A stretch of 64,000 nt of DNA, from NCBI GenBank assembly GCA_040954595.2, contig CM082580.2, forward strand, positions 9,278,390-9,342,389. The letters run 5' to 3'. Below the pieces are notes generated by a model. The model had not been told where the DNA came from. It did no database searches and was given only the letters and a program-made list of their open reading frames with translations. The translations under genes and the position numbers were made by a program. Shown piece by piece: positions 37,281 through 51,700 of this stretch. The DNA is from Balanoglossus misakiensis (lineage: Eukaryota > Animalia > Hemichordata). Numbering within the stretch: position 1 is the stretch's first letter; each line of letters begins with the position of its first letter.

Positions 37281-40200
37281 CTATTGTTGCATCGCCTCCA
37301 CCTGCCGTCGGATGTCGTCGATGGCACGAATCCCTGCGCGGTTGTTATCATCGATGGCGCTTTTCAACTGACGAAGTTGAACCGATAACTCTCTCTTCAG
37401 TTCCCCCACTGTCCTTTCAAGACGCACTGTCTTCTCATCGATTTCAAACCTATCAAAAAGAAATCACGGGCTCAAATTTCATTTTTGGAAATCGACTAAT
37501 ACTTAACCGCGTCTCATGCACCAGAATTACAGAAAGCTAGAGCGCATATCGCCCCTGGTGTTGGTGGCATAACGTTCACTTGTATTGCGCAAATTATACA
37601 ACTTTGTGATGTAGATATAGAATCGCCCAAATTTTACCGTCATATGCTTACACATGCATACCATACCTTATTGTTGAGTTATTTTTCGTCGTGTGACTGC
37701 CATCAATGTCGCTATACGAAGCTTGTTTGTCAGCAAAGTATCGCCAAACCAAATGTCTGCATACAGTCTGAACAGGAAAAAAAAGACGCGATGAATATCT
37801 TACCAAATCTGCTGAAGCCGATTTTTTTATGGGAGGGAGGCATCGCTTGAAAGCATCCGCATCAGACTTACCCTATATTGCTTTTGTTTCTCATACGATC
37901 TTGATATCTGAAAGAGAAAGAACAGATTCTGAATCACCAGAAATTAAAAACAAAAATCGATGGCGTTTCGTACGTTCATGTCTGTTTCAAACGAACGAAG
38001 GAATGAAGAATGTAGACGCTCTCACAGCTTCACCCAACATACCTTATCCAAGGCCCTTTCCTTTGAGCACAAGACACAGCGAAACAGACGCCGACAGAAC
38101 TTGATGATAGATCTGGTGCCGGGCAGGACGTTGAACGGTGGCGGCTCGGAAGCGCCCTCTCGGAAGAAATCCATCCACATGTCCGACCTGGAAAACTTCC
38201 ACTCCATGTCAGCATTTTGCTTCAAGGGAAAACAAGGAGTAGAATTGACTGTTAAAGGTCCGCTATCTGTAACTTTTTAAATAATTTTTTTCATTATTTT
38301 GTTGACATGTTTATCAACCATTACTTGTTCAACATTACGTGTTCAACTCCCTGAAGTGTTGATCTGTGTACATTGCTAATTAAGTACATGTATCCCCATG
38401 CATAAATTACACTGACCACGATACTGTCGTAGGTGGTACCCATCAGTGCGATCAATAAGTTGAGCAGGATAATGACGGCGGCGATTTGGTATCCAGCAAA
38501 CAGCAATCCACCAAAAAATTCAATAGTCCGATGATTGGCTTCAACGTCGATCGCTTCCAAGTCGATCAGTCCGTACAGCGACCAAAATAGTGTCTTCATT
38601 GACGTCAAGACGCTGTTAACCATCAAGGCAAACCATAAAAAGAACAAATAGATTAGAAGTATGGCAACGGCGCATCACTTTTTCTGGTGGTGGTACACAC
38701 CTCGACCAAGTAAACATATTACTGACAGAGACAGCAAGAGAAAGAGAGAATGAATATGCCGTACTAATAGAGAGAAAGGGGCAGGCAGACAGACAGACAG
38801 ACAGACAGATAATATAACGAATTTAACGTACTCTGGAAAGTATCGTTTTCCATAACACTCCTTGTACGAGCCAGAAACTATCATGCAATGGAAAACTCCA
38901 TCGGCAGCGTAGGACCAATACACTTGGGTGAGCGCCAAAGCGAAGGCCACCCACACCAACATGAATATAAACATAAACTTCGTTATATCCTTCATCATTT
39001 TCCCGACCGATATCTGCAGCGGCCCAACGTATTCGTTGATCACCATGGTTCTGAGAAACCGGACGACGGTGACTACGTTGGCGAGTGCGATGATGCATTC
39101 CGCTATCAGTGTCGGATCGTCTTGACTCCAGTCGCTTCTCGGCTTGGAGAATGAAATATCTTTGAAGTCGAGGTGATAGCCGTGGACTTTCAGACGCGGT
39201 TTCAATGCCCTCGTGTTGGTTGTCGACAGGCTGGACAGCAACCGGTGGATTTCGGTCAATTTCCTGGTCAGGTTTGCCAGCGCTTCGTCGTGCGTTGTCC
39301 GCGGCGACGACTGCACGTCTTCTACAAGCTCTCGAACGGCCAGCATTAACCCGTTCTCTATTTCGTTCAGGAGGCTCCGTAAGCAGCCATCGGTGCTGTT
39401 GTATGCCGGGTCTAACGACAGGAGTGTACTTTCGGTCTTCAAATTGACCAGGTTCTTCAACGTGTCCAGGTTGTTGTCATCAGCCATCACTATAGAACGC
39501 GTGTCGTTGCACAGTGCACTTGGTGCAATTGTCTCTTCGCTGTGCTCATGGTGAAACGCCATCCTTTCTTTATGGATCTATAAAATAAGACAAAAATGCT
39601 AGACTTTGGAATAGTGTGCACAATATACCAATGACCTAAAGATAATGTAAGTAACTGGTCGATAACTATGTTATCAGAATAATCCATAGGCAGCAAATCG
39701 TGTCGCCTCGAACAAAAGGCCTCCCTGGCACAGAGCTACTTACCAATATGATGGCCGCGAGTCTGAGGCATATCCAGACCCAGTACAATCCGAGTTGTAT
39801 GAGATCCATAACATTCCAGGCGTTAGTTATGTATTCAAAGAAGCCAGAATTTCGCATTTCCCTTATTTCACGGCAAGTCATTCCTTGATATTGGTGGGAA
39901 AGGGAAACAGAAGATCAGTTAGGCATGGCCATAAGTGTGGTATTAAGCATGCGTGTTACCATCAAAACGTTACCAAGGAGACTCTTTTTCAAGCAGATAT
40001 TTTTACACGTTTCCTGTCCCAAAATGTTGAATTTTGACAACTACGTAGCACCGGAAGTACAAAGATTTAAAGTCACATAGGGGGTCATGAAAGTGACCTG
40101 AGCACACTGAACGTAGGAGTAAATACCGGCGGAGCTTTTAACTTACCGACAACCCAAACGAATATAAACCACTCAACAGGTGTCGGTGGGGGCCCCCTCT

Positions 40201-42660
40201 GCTGACTCAGCGTCCTTTTCACATTGAGTTGAGTGAGTCTATCATCATCCTGTCCAGAGTCGTCGTCTACATTGGAATAGCGAAAATGCTGAGTCGACAT
40301 GAACAACAGCAGTATGAAGCAGATGAATGACGACGTATGCATCAAAAACTTTATATACCTGTGAAATGAAAATAAGGTGAACCGTGTTACAGAAATATTG
40401 ATTCCTGCTGTCAAAATTGAAGAAAATCACATTTTTTGCAAGAGTCTGGATAAAAAAAAACCAAGAACTTCAAGAGACACTCACGGTATTCTCATGAATC
40501 TTCCAAACTTCCCAAACGGCAGAATCAAGTACAGCAGTCCGAGTACGGGAAATGCCAGCATAATCAGGATGGATATGAACACATTTCGCAGACGACTTGA
40601 GTCGCGCCAATCCACCAGTCCGTGATACCAGAGTTCGATCAGATGCTGCTGGCAGTGAGGGTGGGCTACAAACTGTAAGGTACACGTACAGCGTTACATC
40701 GTGACCAATTCAGGTTTGTTATATGTCAAAAGGGAGAAACATCAGCTCATTTCGGGAGGGGGGGGGGGTCATATATATTGCCAAAGGACAATGGCCCGAA
40801 GGTGGAGTTACAGGGGCTTTAATAAACCGTTTGCCAAAGACCATTTTATTGTTATCATTGCTTTCTCGCTGATTTATTAGGAGAATTTTGTGATCCCATG
40901 CCAGGAGATAGAATGATAGAGACTCTGCTAACCTTCTTCTGATTTCTGTTGACCGCATACAAAACTTTCATCGGTCGTTCTTCTTTGTGTTTACCGTTCA
41001 TGTTAGGAGCGTGATTGAGTATGGTTTTCAGCTCGGTTGAATTCCGGACCTGGCTCAGTAAATCGGCAGAGAACTGTTCACATTTGGCCGCCAACTCCAG
41101 GTACTCTTCGCGAAATTCGTACTCTTTGGAACTCTCCCGGCGCAATTCTCGGCACAGCTGCAGGACACGAAAAAATAAACTTCAGAGAGAAAGAAACTTG
41201 ACAAAGTAAAACCAGTTAACAACGTTGTATGGAAACGTCGACATTCATTGATTTGATAACACCAGCAGGTAAGTGTCTCCCGTTCTTTTCCGCAAACATA
41301 ATTCTCTTATATAAGGAATTCACCCGACGAACATGATAACACCAATTTTTCTCCTACATTTTATTAGTATACATTGTCACGTAACAAGCTACCCCACACA
41401 ATATTGTTACCTCAAATGCTCTGCGGAATGGGTCTGGACTATCTGACGTCTCGAATTCGATAGCAGACATATATGCTTCACTTGCAAGTGCCTTGTATAC
41501 GTTCAGAGTGCCGATTGAGTGTTGAATAGTGTGTTGTTCTGTCTGGTAGCTGACGGTCGATTTTGCAAGTGGCGTGGCTCCTTGCTTGATCAGCAGCTGT
41601 TGGCGCGTGAATGAAGAAACACGGCACTGGCATAAGACGCTCAAAATGAGAGCTTGAACAAATCTTTGGAATATTAACAGACTATATTCAATAAAACACA
41701 CCATTATGTACACCGTGTACGTGATAGTTAGGTTCGAATCATTACCTTGATAATATCGTAGTCGTTTTGGTGCGCCGCTAATATCAGTGGAGTGGTGTCT
41801 GGGTGGAACTCTTCGCTATGATTTCCGGCGTGAGCGTCAATCACCTCCATGCCCTGCAAATGTGTGATTTGAAACAGTGTGAAAATGTCAATTTATACGC
41901 ATTAGATTATACTTATGATTGACATCATTCTAACAGACTGGTACTGGGATGGTCATTGTGAATTTGTGGAACGTTCCTTTTAAGAAATATTTTTTTTTTG
42001 AGAAGCATTGATTTGTGGGATAAGATCTTTTTTTTCAAATCACTCACCTTTGGATGAGCTAATATCATTTCGATGGCCTTGGTGAATTTCAGTTCTATTG
42101 CGTTGAAAAGTGCGTCTCCTATAACCGCATCGTGTTTCAGCAGAACTCCAATAGTTTCTATAAAAATAAAGTTCACAAACCAAAATATGTCAAAGGAGTC
42201 ATTTTTCAAAATTTTCTTGCAGCTCCGTTTTAGCATGATCATTGCTTTATAAAGAAAGTTCAGTATTCGTGTACCTGGTACGACTGACATATATGACCGC
42301 ATTTGAGAGAAGAAAGAAAAGAAAACTGACAAGTCCGACATGACACCAGAAAGCATTTGTTTACAATTGTCGGCGAATAAGTGCAACGACATATACAGGT
42401 GAGTGCTTTAGGATGCAGATGCATAATTACGTGGCACTATACGACCCAACCTTGTGAATATGGCGTACATCTTAAACACATTACTTACCAATATTACCAG
42501 AGAAGATTGCCACTTGTAATGCGGTTTTTCCATTTTTATCAACAACATTAACATCAATCTCAGATGTGTTTTCCAAAGACGCCTCTAAGGCGCATAGATC
42601 CCCACTTTCCACCGATTCGAAGAAAACCTGCTGCAACGTTTGATAGGACTCAGTTTCCAT
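37281..42660 (-). CDS. TRPC: TRPC-like channel, paralog B, 14 coding exons, about 921 aa
   Basis: Exons (minus): 42660-42489, 42157-42048, 41853-41746, 41596-41411, 41157-40933, 40672-40485, 40358-40147, 39883-39744, 39577-38832, 38612-38417, 38219-38043, 37907-37872, 37767-37667 and 37449-37281. These total 2766 nt with phases closing and the same intron positions as paralog A. Motifs include FHPDTTPLILAAHQNDY, LFWSLYGLIDLE, EWKFSR and EPPPFN. Confidence 0.93.
38785..38808. repeat. (GACA)n microsatellite
   Basis: About 5-6 CAGA/GACA units are visible in an intron of paralog B. Confidence 0.8.
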
Positions 42661-42716
42661 CTTTCGCACTGTTGCCGACACTAAAAGTAATTGAAATTAT
42701 TAAATTATAATTTATT

Positions 42717-45700
42717 AAATGACAAATTCTTGACTTTGTGAATTTTGGTGTTTCTGTCATTTTGGGCATTTTTTATGGGATACAGCTTATCAAAAAATGA
42801 TAAATTCTCGACTTTCTGAATTTTGATATTTCGGGCCTTTTTGAACATTTTTCGTGGGTTTTACATCATGATTTTTTTCAAAAATGACCAATTTTCGACT
42901 TTCCGAATTTTGACTTTTTGGGCCTTTTTGAACATTTTTCGTGGGTTATACATCATGGTTTTTTCAAAAAATGACCAATTTTCGACTTTCCGAATTTTGA
43001 CTTTTTGGGACTTTTTGAACATTTTTCGTGGGTTATACATCATGGTTTTTTCAAAAAATGACCAATTTTCGACTTTCCGAATTTTGACTTTTTGGGCTTT
43101 TTTGAACATTTTTCGTGGGTTATACATCATGGTTTTTTCAAAAAATGACCAATTTTCGACTTTCCGAATTTTGACTTTTTGGGCTTTTTTGAACATTTTT
43201 CGTGGGTTATACATCATGGTTTTTTTCAAAAAATGACCAATTTTCGACTTTCCGAATTTTGAGATTTTCGGCCTTTTTGAACATTTTTCGTGGGTTAACC
43301 ATCATGGTTTTTGTCGAAAAACCACGAATTTTCGACTTGCCGGATTTCGAGATTTTCGGCCTTTTTGAACATTTTTCGTGGGTTAACCATCATGGTTTTT
43401 GTCGAAAAACCACGAATTTTCGACTTGCCGGATTTCGAGATTTTCGGCCTTTTTGAACATTTTTCATGGGTTAACCATCATGGTTTTTGTCGAAAAACCA
43501 CGAATTTTCGACTTGCCGGATTTCGAGATTTTCGGCCTTTTTGAACATTTTTCATGGGTTAACCATCATGGTTTTTGTCGAAAAACCACGAATTTTCGAC
43601 TTGCCGGATTTCGAGATTTTCGGCCTTTTAGAACATTTTTCATGGGTTAACCATCATGGTTTTTGTCGAAAAACCACGAATTTTCGACTTGCCGGATTTC
43701 GAGATTTTCGGCCTTTTTGAACATTTTTCATGGGTTAACCATCATGGTTTTTGTCGAAAAACCACGAATTTTCGACTTGCCGGATTTCGAGATTTTCGGC
43801 CTTTTTGAACATTTTTCATGGGTTAACCATCATGGTTTTTGTCGAAAAACCACGAATTTTCGACTTGCCGGATTTCGAGATTTTCGGCCTTTTTGAACAT
43901 TTTTCATGGGTTAACCATCATGGTTTTTGTCGAAAAACCACGAATTTTCGACTTGCCGGATTTCGAGATTTTCGGCCTTTTTGAACATTTTTCATGGGTT
44001 AACCATCATGGTTTTTGTCGAAAAACCACGAATTTTCGACTTGCCGGATTTCGAGATTTTCGGCCTTTTTGAACATTTTTCATGGGTTAACCATCATGGT
44101 TTTTGTCGAAAAACCACGAATTTTCGACTTGCCGGATTTCGAGATTTTCGGCCTTTTTGAACATTTTTCATGGGTTAACCATCATGGTTTTTGTCGAAAA
44201 ACCACGAATTTTCGACTTGCCGGATTTCGAGATTTTCGGCCTTTTTGAACATTTTTCATGGGTTAACCATCATGGTTTTTGTCGAAAAACCACGAATTTT
44301 CGACTTGCCGGATTTCGAGATTTTCGGCCTTTTTGAACATTTTTCATGGGTTAACCATCATGGTTTTTGTCGAAAAACCACGAATTTTCGACTTGCCGGA
44401 TTTCGAGATTTTCGGCCTTTTTGAACATTTTTCATGGGTTAACCATCATGGTTTTTGTCGAAAAACCACGAATTTTCGACTTGCCGGATTTCGAGATTTT
44501 CGGCCTTTTTGAACATTTTTCATGGGTTAACCATCATGGTTTTTGTCGAAAAACCACGAATTTTCGACTTGCCGGATTTCGAGATTTTCGGCCTTTTTGA
44601 ACATTTTTCATGGGTTAACCATCATGGTTTTTGTCGAAAAACCACGAATTTTCGACTTGCCGGATTTCGAGATTTTCGGCCTTTTTGAACATTTTTCATG
44701 GGTTAACCATCATGGTTTTTGTCGAAAAACCACGAATTTTCGACTTGCCGGATTTCGAGATTTTCGGCCTTTTTGAACATTTTTCATGGGTTAACCATCA
44801 TGGTTTTTGTCGAAAAACCACGAATTTTCGACTTGCCGGATTTCGAGATTTTCGGCCTTTTTGAACATTTTTCATGGGTTAACCATCATGGTTTTTGTCG
44901 AAAAACCACGAATTTTCGACTTGCCGGATTTCGAGATTTTCGGCCTTTTTGAACATTTTTCATGGGTTAACCATCATGGTTTTTGTCGAAAAACCACGAA
45001 TTTTCGACTTGCCGGATTTCGAGATTTTCGGCCTTTTTGAACATTTTTCATGGGTTAACCATCATGGTTTTTGTCGAAAAACCACGAATTTTCGACTTGC
45101 CGGATTTCGAGATTTTCGGCCTTTTTGAACATTTTTCATGGGTTAACCATCATGGTTTTTGTCGAAAAACCACGAATTTTCGACTTGCCGGATTTCGAGA
45201 TTTTCGGCCTTTTTGAACATTTTTCATGGGTTAACCATCATGGTTTTTGTCGAAAAACCACGAATTTTCGACTTGCCGGATTTCGAGATTTTCGGCCTTT
45301 TTGAACATTTTTCATGGGTTAACCATCATGGTTTTTGTCGAAAAACCACGAATTTTCGACTTGCCGGATTTCGAGATTTTCGGCCTTTTTGAACATTTTT
45401 CATGGGTTAACCATCATGGTTTTTGTCGAAAAACCACGAATTTTCGACTTGCCGGATTTCGAGATTTTCGGCCTTTTTGAACATTTTTCATGGGTTAACC
45501 ATCATGGTTTTTGTCGAAAAACCACGAATTTTCGACTTGCCGGATTTCGAGATTTTCGGCCTTTTTGAACATTTTTCATGGGTTAACCATCATGGTTTTT
45601 GTCGAAAAACCACGAATTTTCGACTTGCCGGATTTCGAGATTTTCGGCCTTTTTGAACATTTTTCATGGGTTAACCATCATGGTTTTTGTCGAAAAACCA

Positions 45701-48700
45701 CGAATTTTCGACTTGCCGGATTTCGAGATTTTCGGCCTTTTTGAACATTTTTCATGGGTTAACCATCATGGTTTTTGTCGAAAAACCACGAATTTTCGAC
45801 TTGCCGGATTTCGAGATTTTCGGCCTTTTTGAACATTTTTCATGGGTTAACCATCATGGTTTTTGTCGAAAAACCACGAATTTTCGACTTGCCGGATTTC
45901 GAGATTTTCGGCCTTTTTGAACATTTTTCATGGGTTAACCATCATGGTTTTTGTCGAAAAACCACGAATTTTCGACTTGCCGGATTTCGAGATTTTCGGC
46001 CTTTTTGAACATTTTTCATGGGTTAACCATCATGGTTTTTGTCGAAAAACCACGAATTTTCGACTTGCCGGATTTCGAGATTTTCGGCCTTTTTGAACAT
46101 TTTTCATGGGTTAACCATCATGGTTTTTGTCGAAAAACCACGAATTTTCGACTTGCCGGATTTCGAGATTTTCGGCCTTTTTGAACATTTTTCATGGGTT
46201 AACCATCATGGTTTTTGTCGAAAAACCACGAATTTTCGACTTGCCGGATTTCGAGATTTTCGGCCTTTTTGAACATTTTTCATGGGTTAACCATCATGGT
46301 TTTTGTCGAAAAACCACGAATTTTCGACTTGCCGGATTTCGAGATTTTCGGCCTTTTTGAACATTTTTCATGGGTTAACCATCATGGTTTTTGTCGAAAA
46401 ACCACGAATTTTCGACTTGCCGGATTTCGAGATTTTCGGCCTTTTTGAACATTTTTCATGGGTTAACCATCATGGTTTTTGTCGAAAAACCACGAATTTT
46501 CGACTTGCCGGATTTCGAGATTTTCGGCCTTTTTGAACATTTTTCATGGGTTAACCATCATGGTTTTTGTCGAAAAACCACGAATTTTCGACTTGCCGGA
46601 TTTCGAGATTTTCGGCCTTTTTGAACATTTTTCATGGGTTAACCATCATGGTTTTTGTCGAAAAACCACGAATTTTCGACTTGCCGGATTTCGAGATTTT
46701 CGGCCTTTTTGAACATTTTTCATGGGTTAACCATCATGGTTTTTGTCGAAAAACCACGAATTTTCGACTTGCCGGATTTCGAGATTTTCGGCCTTTTTGA
46801 ACATTTTTCATGGGTTAACCATCATGGTTTTTGTCGAAAAACCACGAATTTTCGACTTGCCGGATTTCGAGATTTTCGGCCTTTTTGAACATTTTTCATG
46901 GGTTAACCATCATGGTTTTTGTCGAAAAACCACGAATTTTCGACTTGCCGGATTTCGAGATTTTCGGCCTTTTTGAACATTTTTCATGGGTTAACCATCA
47001 TGGTTTTTGTCGAAAAACCACGAATTTTCGACTTGCCGGATTTCGAGATTTTCGGCCTTTTTGAACATTTTTCATGGGTTAACCATCATGGTTTTTGTCG
47101 AAAAACCACGAATTTTCGACTTGCCGGATTTCGAGATTTTCGGCCTTTTTGAACATTTTTCATGGGTTAACCATCATGGTTTTTGTCGAAAAACCACGAA
47201 TTTTCGACTTGCCGGATTTCGAGATTTTCGGCCTTTTTGAACATTTTTCATGGGTTAACCATCATGGTTTTTGTCGAAAAACCACGAATTTTCGACTTGC
47301 CGGATTTCGAGATTTTCGGCCTTTTTGAACATTTTTCATGGGTTAACCATCATGGTTTTTGTCGAAAAACCACGAATTTTCGACTTGCCGGATTTCGAGA
47401 TTTTCGGCCTTTTTGAACATTTTTCATGGGTTAACCATCATGGTTTTTGTCGAAAAACCACGAATTTTCGACTTGCCGGATTTCGAGATTTTCGGCCTTT
47501 TTGAACATTTTTCATGGGTTAACCATCATGGTTTTTGTCGAAAAACCACGAATTTTCGACTTGCCGGATTTCGAGATTTTCGGCCTTTTTGAACATTTTT
47601 CATGGGTTAACCATCATGGTTTTTGTCGAAAAACCACGAATTTTCGACTTGCCGGATTTCGAGATTTTCGGCCTTTTTGAACATTTTTCATGGGTTAACC
47701 ATCATGGTTTTTGTCGAAAAACCACGAATTTTCGACTTGCCGGATTTCGAGATTTTCGGCCTTTTTGAACATTTTTCATGGGTTAACCATCATGGTTTTT
47801 GTCGAAAAACCACGAATTTTCGACTTGCCGGATTTCGAGATTTTCGGCCTTTTTGAACATTTTTCATGGGTTAACCATCATGGTTTTTGTCGAAAAACCA
47901 CGAATTTTCGACTTGCCGGATTTCGAGATTTTCGGCCTTTTTGAACATTTTTCATGGGTTAACCATCATGGTTTTTGTCGAAAAACCACGAATTTTCGAC
48001 TTGCCGGATTTCGAGATTTTCGGCCTTTTTGAACATTTTTCATGGGTTAACCATCATGGTTTTTGTCGAAAAACCACGAATTTTCGACTTGCCGGATTTC
48101 GAGATTTTCGGCCTTTTTGAACATTTTTCATGGGTTAACCATCATGGTTTTTGTCGAAAAACCACGAATTTTCGACTTGCCGGATTTCGAGATTTTCGGC
48201 CTTTTTGAACATTTTTCATGGGTTAACCATCATGGTTTTTGTCGAAAAACCACGAATTTTCGACTTGCCGGATTTCGAGATTTTCGGCCTTTTTGAACAT
48301 TTTTCATGGGTTAACCATCATGGTTTTTGTCGAAAAACCACGAATTTCGACTTGCCGGATTTCGAGATTTTCGGCCTTTTTGAACATTTTTCATGGGTTA
48401 ACCATCATGGTTTTTGTCGAAAAACCACGAATTTTCGACTTGCCGGATTTCGAGATTTTCGGCCTTTTTGAACATTTTTCATGGGTTAACCATCATGGTT
48501 TTTGTCGAAAAACCACGAATTTTCGACTTGCCGGATTTCGAGATTTTCGGCCTTTTTGAACATTTTTCATGGGTTAACCATCATGGTTTTTGTCGAAAAA
48601 CCACGAATTTTCGACTTGCCGGATTTCGAGATTTTCGGCCTTTTTGAACATTTTTCATGGGTTAACCATCATGGTTTTTGTCGAAAAACCACGAATTTTC

Positions 48701-51700
48701 GACTTGCCGGATTTCGAGATTTTCGGCCTTTTTGAACATTTTTCATGGGTTAACCATCATGGTTTTTGTCGAAAAACCACGAATTTTCGACTTGCCGGAT
48801 TTCGAGATTTTCGGCCTTTTTGAACATTTTTCATGGGTTAACCATCATGGTTTTTGTCGAAAAACCACGAATTTTCGACTTGCCGGATTTCGAGATTTTC
48901 GGCCTTTTTGAACATTTTTCATGGGTTAACCATCATGGTTTTTGTCGAAAACCACGAATTTTCGACTTGCCGGATTTCGAGATTTTCGGCCTTTTTGAAC
49001 ATTTTTCATGGGTTAACCATCATGGTTTTTGTCGAAAAACCACGAATTTTCGACTTGCCGGATTTCGAGATTTTCGGCCTTTTTGAACATTTTTCATGGG
49101 TTAACCATCATGGTTTTTGTCGAAAAACCACGAATTTTCGACTTGCCGGATTTCGAGATTTTCGGCCTTTTTGAACATTTTTCATGGGTTAACCATCATG
49201 GTTTTTGTCGAAAAACCACGAATTTTCGACTTGCCGGATTTCGAGATTTTCGGCCTTTTTGAACATTTTTCATGGGTTAACCATCATGGTTTTTGTCGAA
49301 AAACCACGAATTTTCGACTTGCCGGATTTCGAGATTTTCGGCCTTTTTGAACATTTTTCATGGGTTAACCATCATGGTTTTTGTCGAAAAACCACGAATT
49401 TTCGACTTGCCGGATTTCGAGATTTTCGGCCTTTTTGAACATTTTTCATGGGTTAACCATCATGGTTTTTGTCGAAAAACCACGAATTTTCGACTTGCCG
49501 GATTTCGAGATTTTCGGCCTTTTTGAACATTTTTCATGGGTTAACCATCATGGTTTTTGTCGAAAAACCACGAATTTTCGACTTGCCGGATTTCGAGATT
49601 TTCGGCCTTTTTGAACATTTTTCATGGGTTAACCATCATGGTTTTTGTCGAAAAACCACGAATTTTCGACTTGCCGGATTTCGAGATTTTCGGCCTTTTT
49701 GAACATTTTTCATGGGTTAACCATCATGGTTTTTGTCGAAAAACCACGAATTTTCGACTTGCCGGATTTCGAGATTTTCGGCCTTTTTGAACATTTTTCA
49801 TGGTTAACCATCATGGTTTTTGTCGAAAAACCACGAATTTTCGACTTGCCGGATTTCGAGATTTTCGGCCTTTTTGAACATTTTTCATGGGTTAACCATC
49901 ATGGTTTTTGTCGAAAAACCACGAATTTTCGACTTGCCGGATTTCGAGATTTTCGGCCTTTTTGAACATTTTTCATGGGTTAACCATCATGGTTTTTGTC
50001 GAAAAACCACGAATTTTCGACTTGCCGGATTTCGAGATTTTCGGCCTTTTTGAACATTTTTCATGGGTTAACCATCATGGTTTTTGTCGAAAAACCACGA
50101 ATTTTCGACTTGCCGGATTTCGAGATTTTCGGCCTTTTTGAACATTTTTCATGGGTTAACCATCATGGTTTTTGTCGAAAAACCACGAATTTTCGACTTG
50201 CCGGATTTCGAGATTTTCGGCCTTTTTGAACATTTTTCATGGGTTAACCATCATGGTTTTTGTCGAAAAACCACGAATTTTCGACTTGCCGGATTTCGAG
50301 ATTTTCGGCCTTTTTGAACATTTTTCATGGGTTAACCATCATGGTTTTTGTCGAAAAACCACGAATTTTCGACTTGCCGGATTTCGAGATTTTCGGCCTT
50401 TTTGAACATTTTTCATGGGTTAACCATCATGGTTTTTGTCGAAAAACCACGAATTTTCGACTTGCCGGATTTCGAGATTTTCGGCCTTTTTGAACATTTT
50501 TCATGGGTTAACCATCATGGTTTTTGTCGAAAAACCACGAATTTTCGACTTGCCGGATTTCGAGATTTTCGGCCTTTTTGAACATTTTTCATGGGTTAAC
50601 CATCATGGTTTTTGTCGAAAAACCACGAATTTTCGACTTGCCGGATTTCGAGATTTTCGGCCTTTTTGAACATTTTTCATGGGTTAACCATCATGGTTTT
50701 TGTCGAAAAACCACGAATTTTCGACTTGCCGGATTTCGAGATTTTCGGCCTTTTTGAACATTTTTCATGGGTTAACCATCATGGTTTTTGTCGAAAAACC
50801 ACGAATTTTCGACTTGCCGGATTTCGAGATTTTCGGCCTTTTTGAACATTTTTCATGGGTTAACCATCATGGTTTTTGTCGAAAAACCACGAATTTTCGA
50901 CTTGCCGGATTTCGAGATTTTCGGCCTTTTTGAACATTTTTCATGGGTTAACCATCATGGTTTTTGTCGAAAAACCACGAATTTTCGACTTGCCGGATTT
51001 CGAGATTTTCGGCCTTTTTGAACATTTTTCATGGGTTAACCATCATGGTTTTTGTCGAAAAACCACGAATTTTCGACTTGCCGGATTTCGAGATTTTCGG
51101 CCTTTTTGAACATTTTTCATGGGTTAACCATCATGGTTTTTGTCGAAAAACCACGAATTTTCGACTTGCCGGATTTCGAGATTTTCGGCCTTTTTGAACA
51201 TTTTTCATGGGTTAACCATCATGGTTTTTGTCGAAAAACCACGAATTTTCGACTTGCCGGATTTCGAGATTTTCGGCCTTTTTGAACATTTTTCATGGGT
51301 TAACCATCATGGTTTTTGTCGAAAAACCACGAATTTTCGACTTGCCGGATTTCGAGATTTTCGGCCTTTTTGAACATTTTTCATGGGTTAACCATCATGG
51401 TTTTTGTCGAAAAACCACGAATTTTCGACTTGCCGGATTTCGAGATTTTCGGCCTTTTTGAACATTTTTCATGGGTTAACCATCATGGTTTTTGTCGAAA
51501 AACCACGAATTTTCGACTTGCCGGATTTCGAGATTTTCGGCCTTTTTGAACATTTTTCATGGGTTAACCATCATGGTTTTTGTCGAAAAACCACGAATTT
51601 TCGACTTGCCGGATTTCGAGATTTTCGGCCTTTTTGAACATTTTTCATGGGTTAACCATCATGGTTTTTGTCGAAAAACCACGAATTTTCGACTTGCCGG

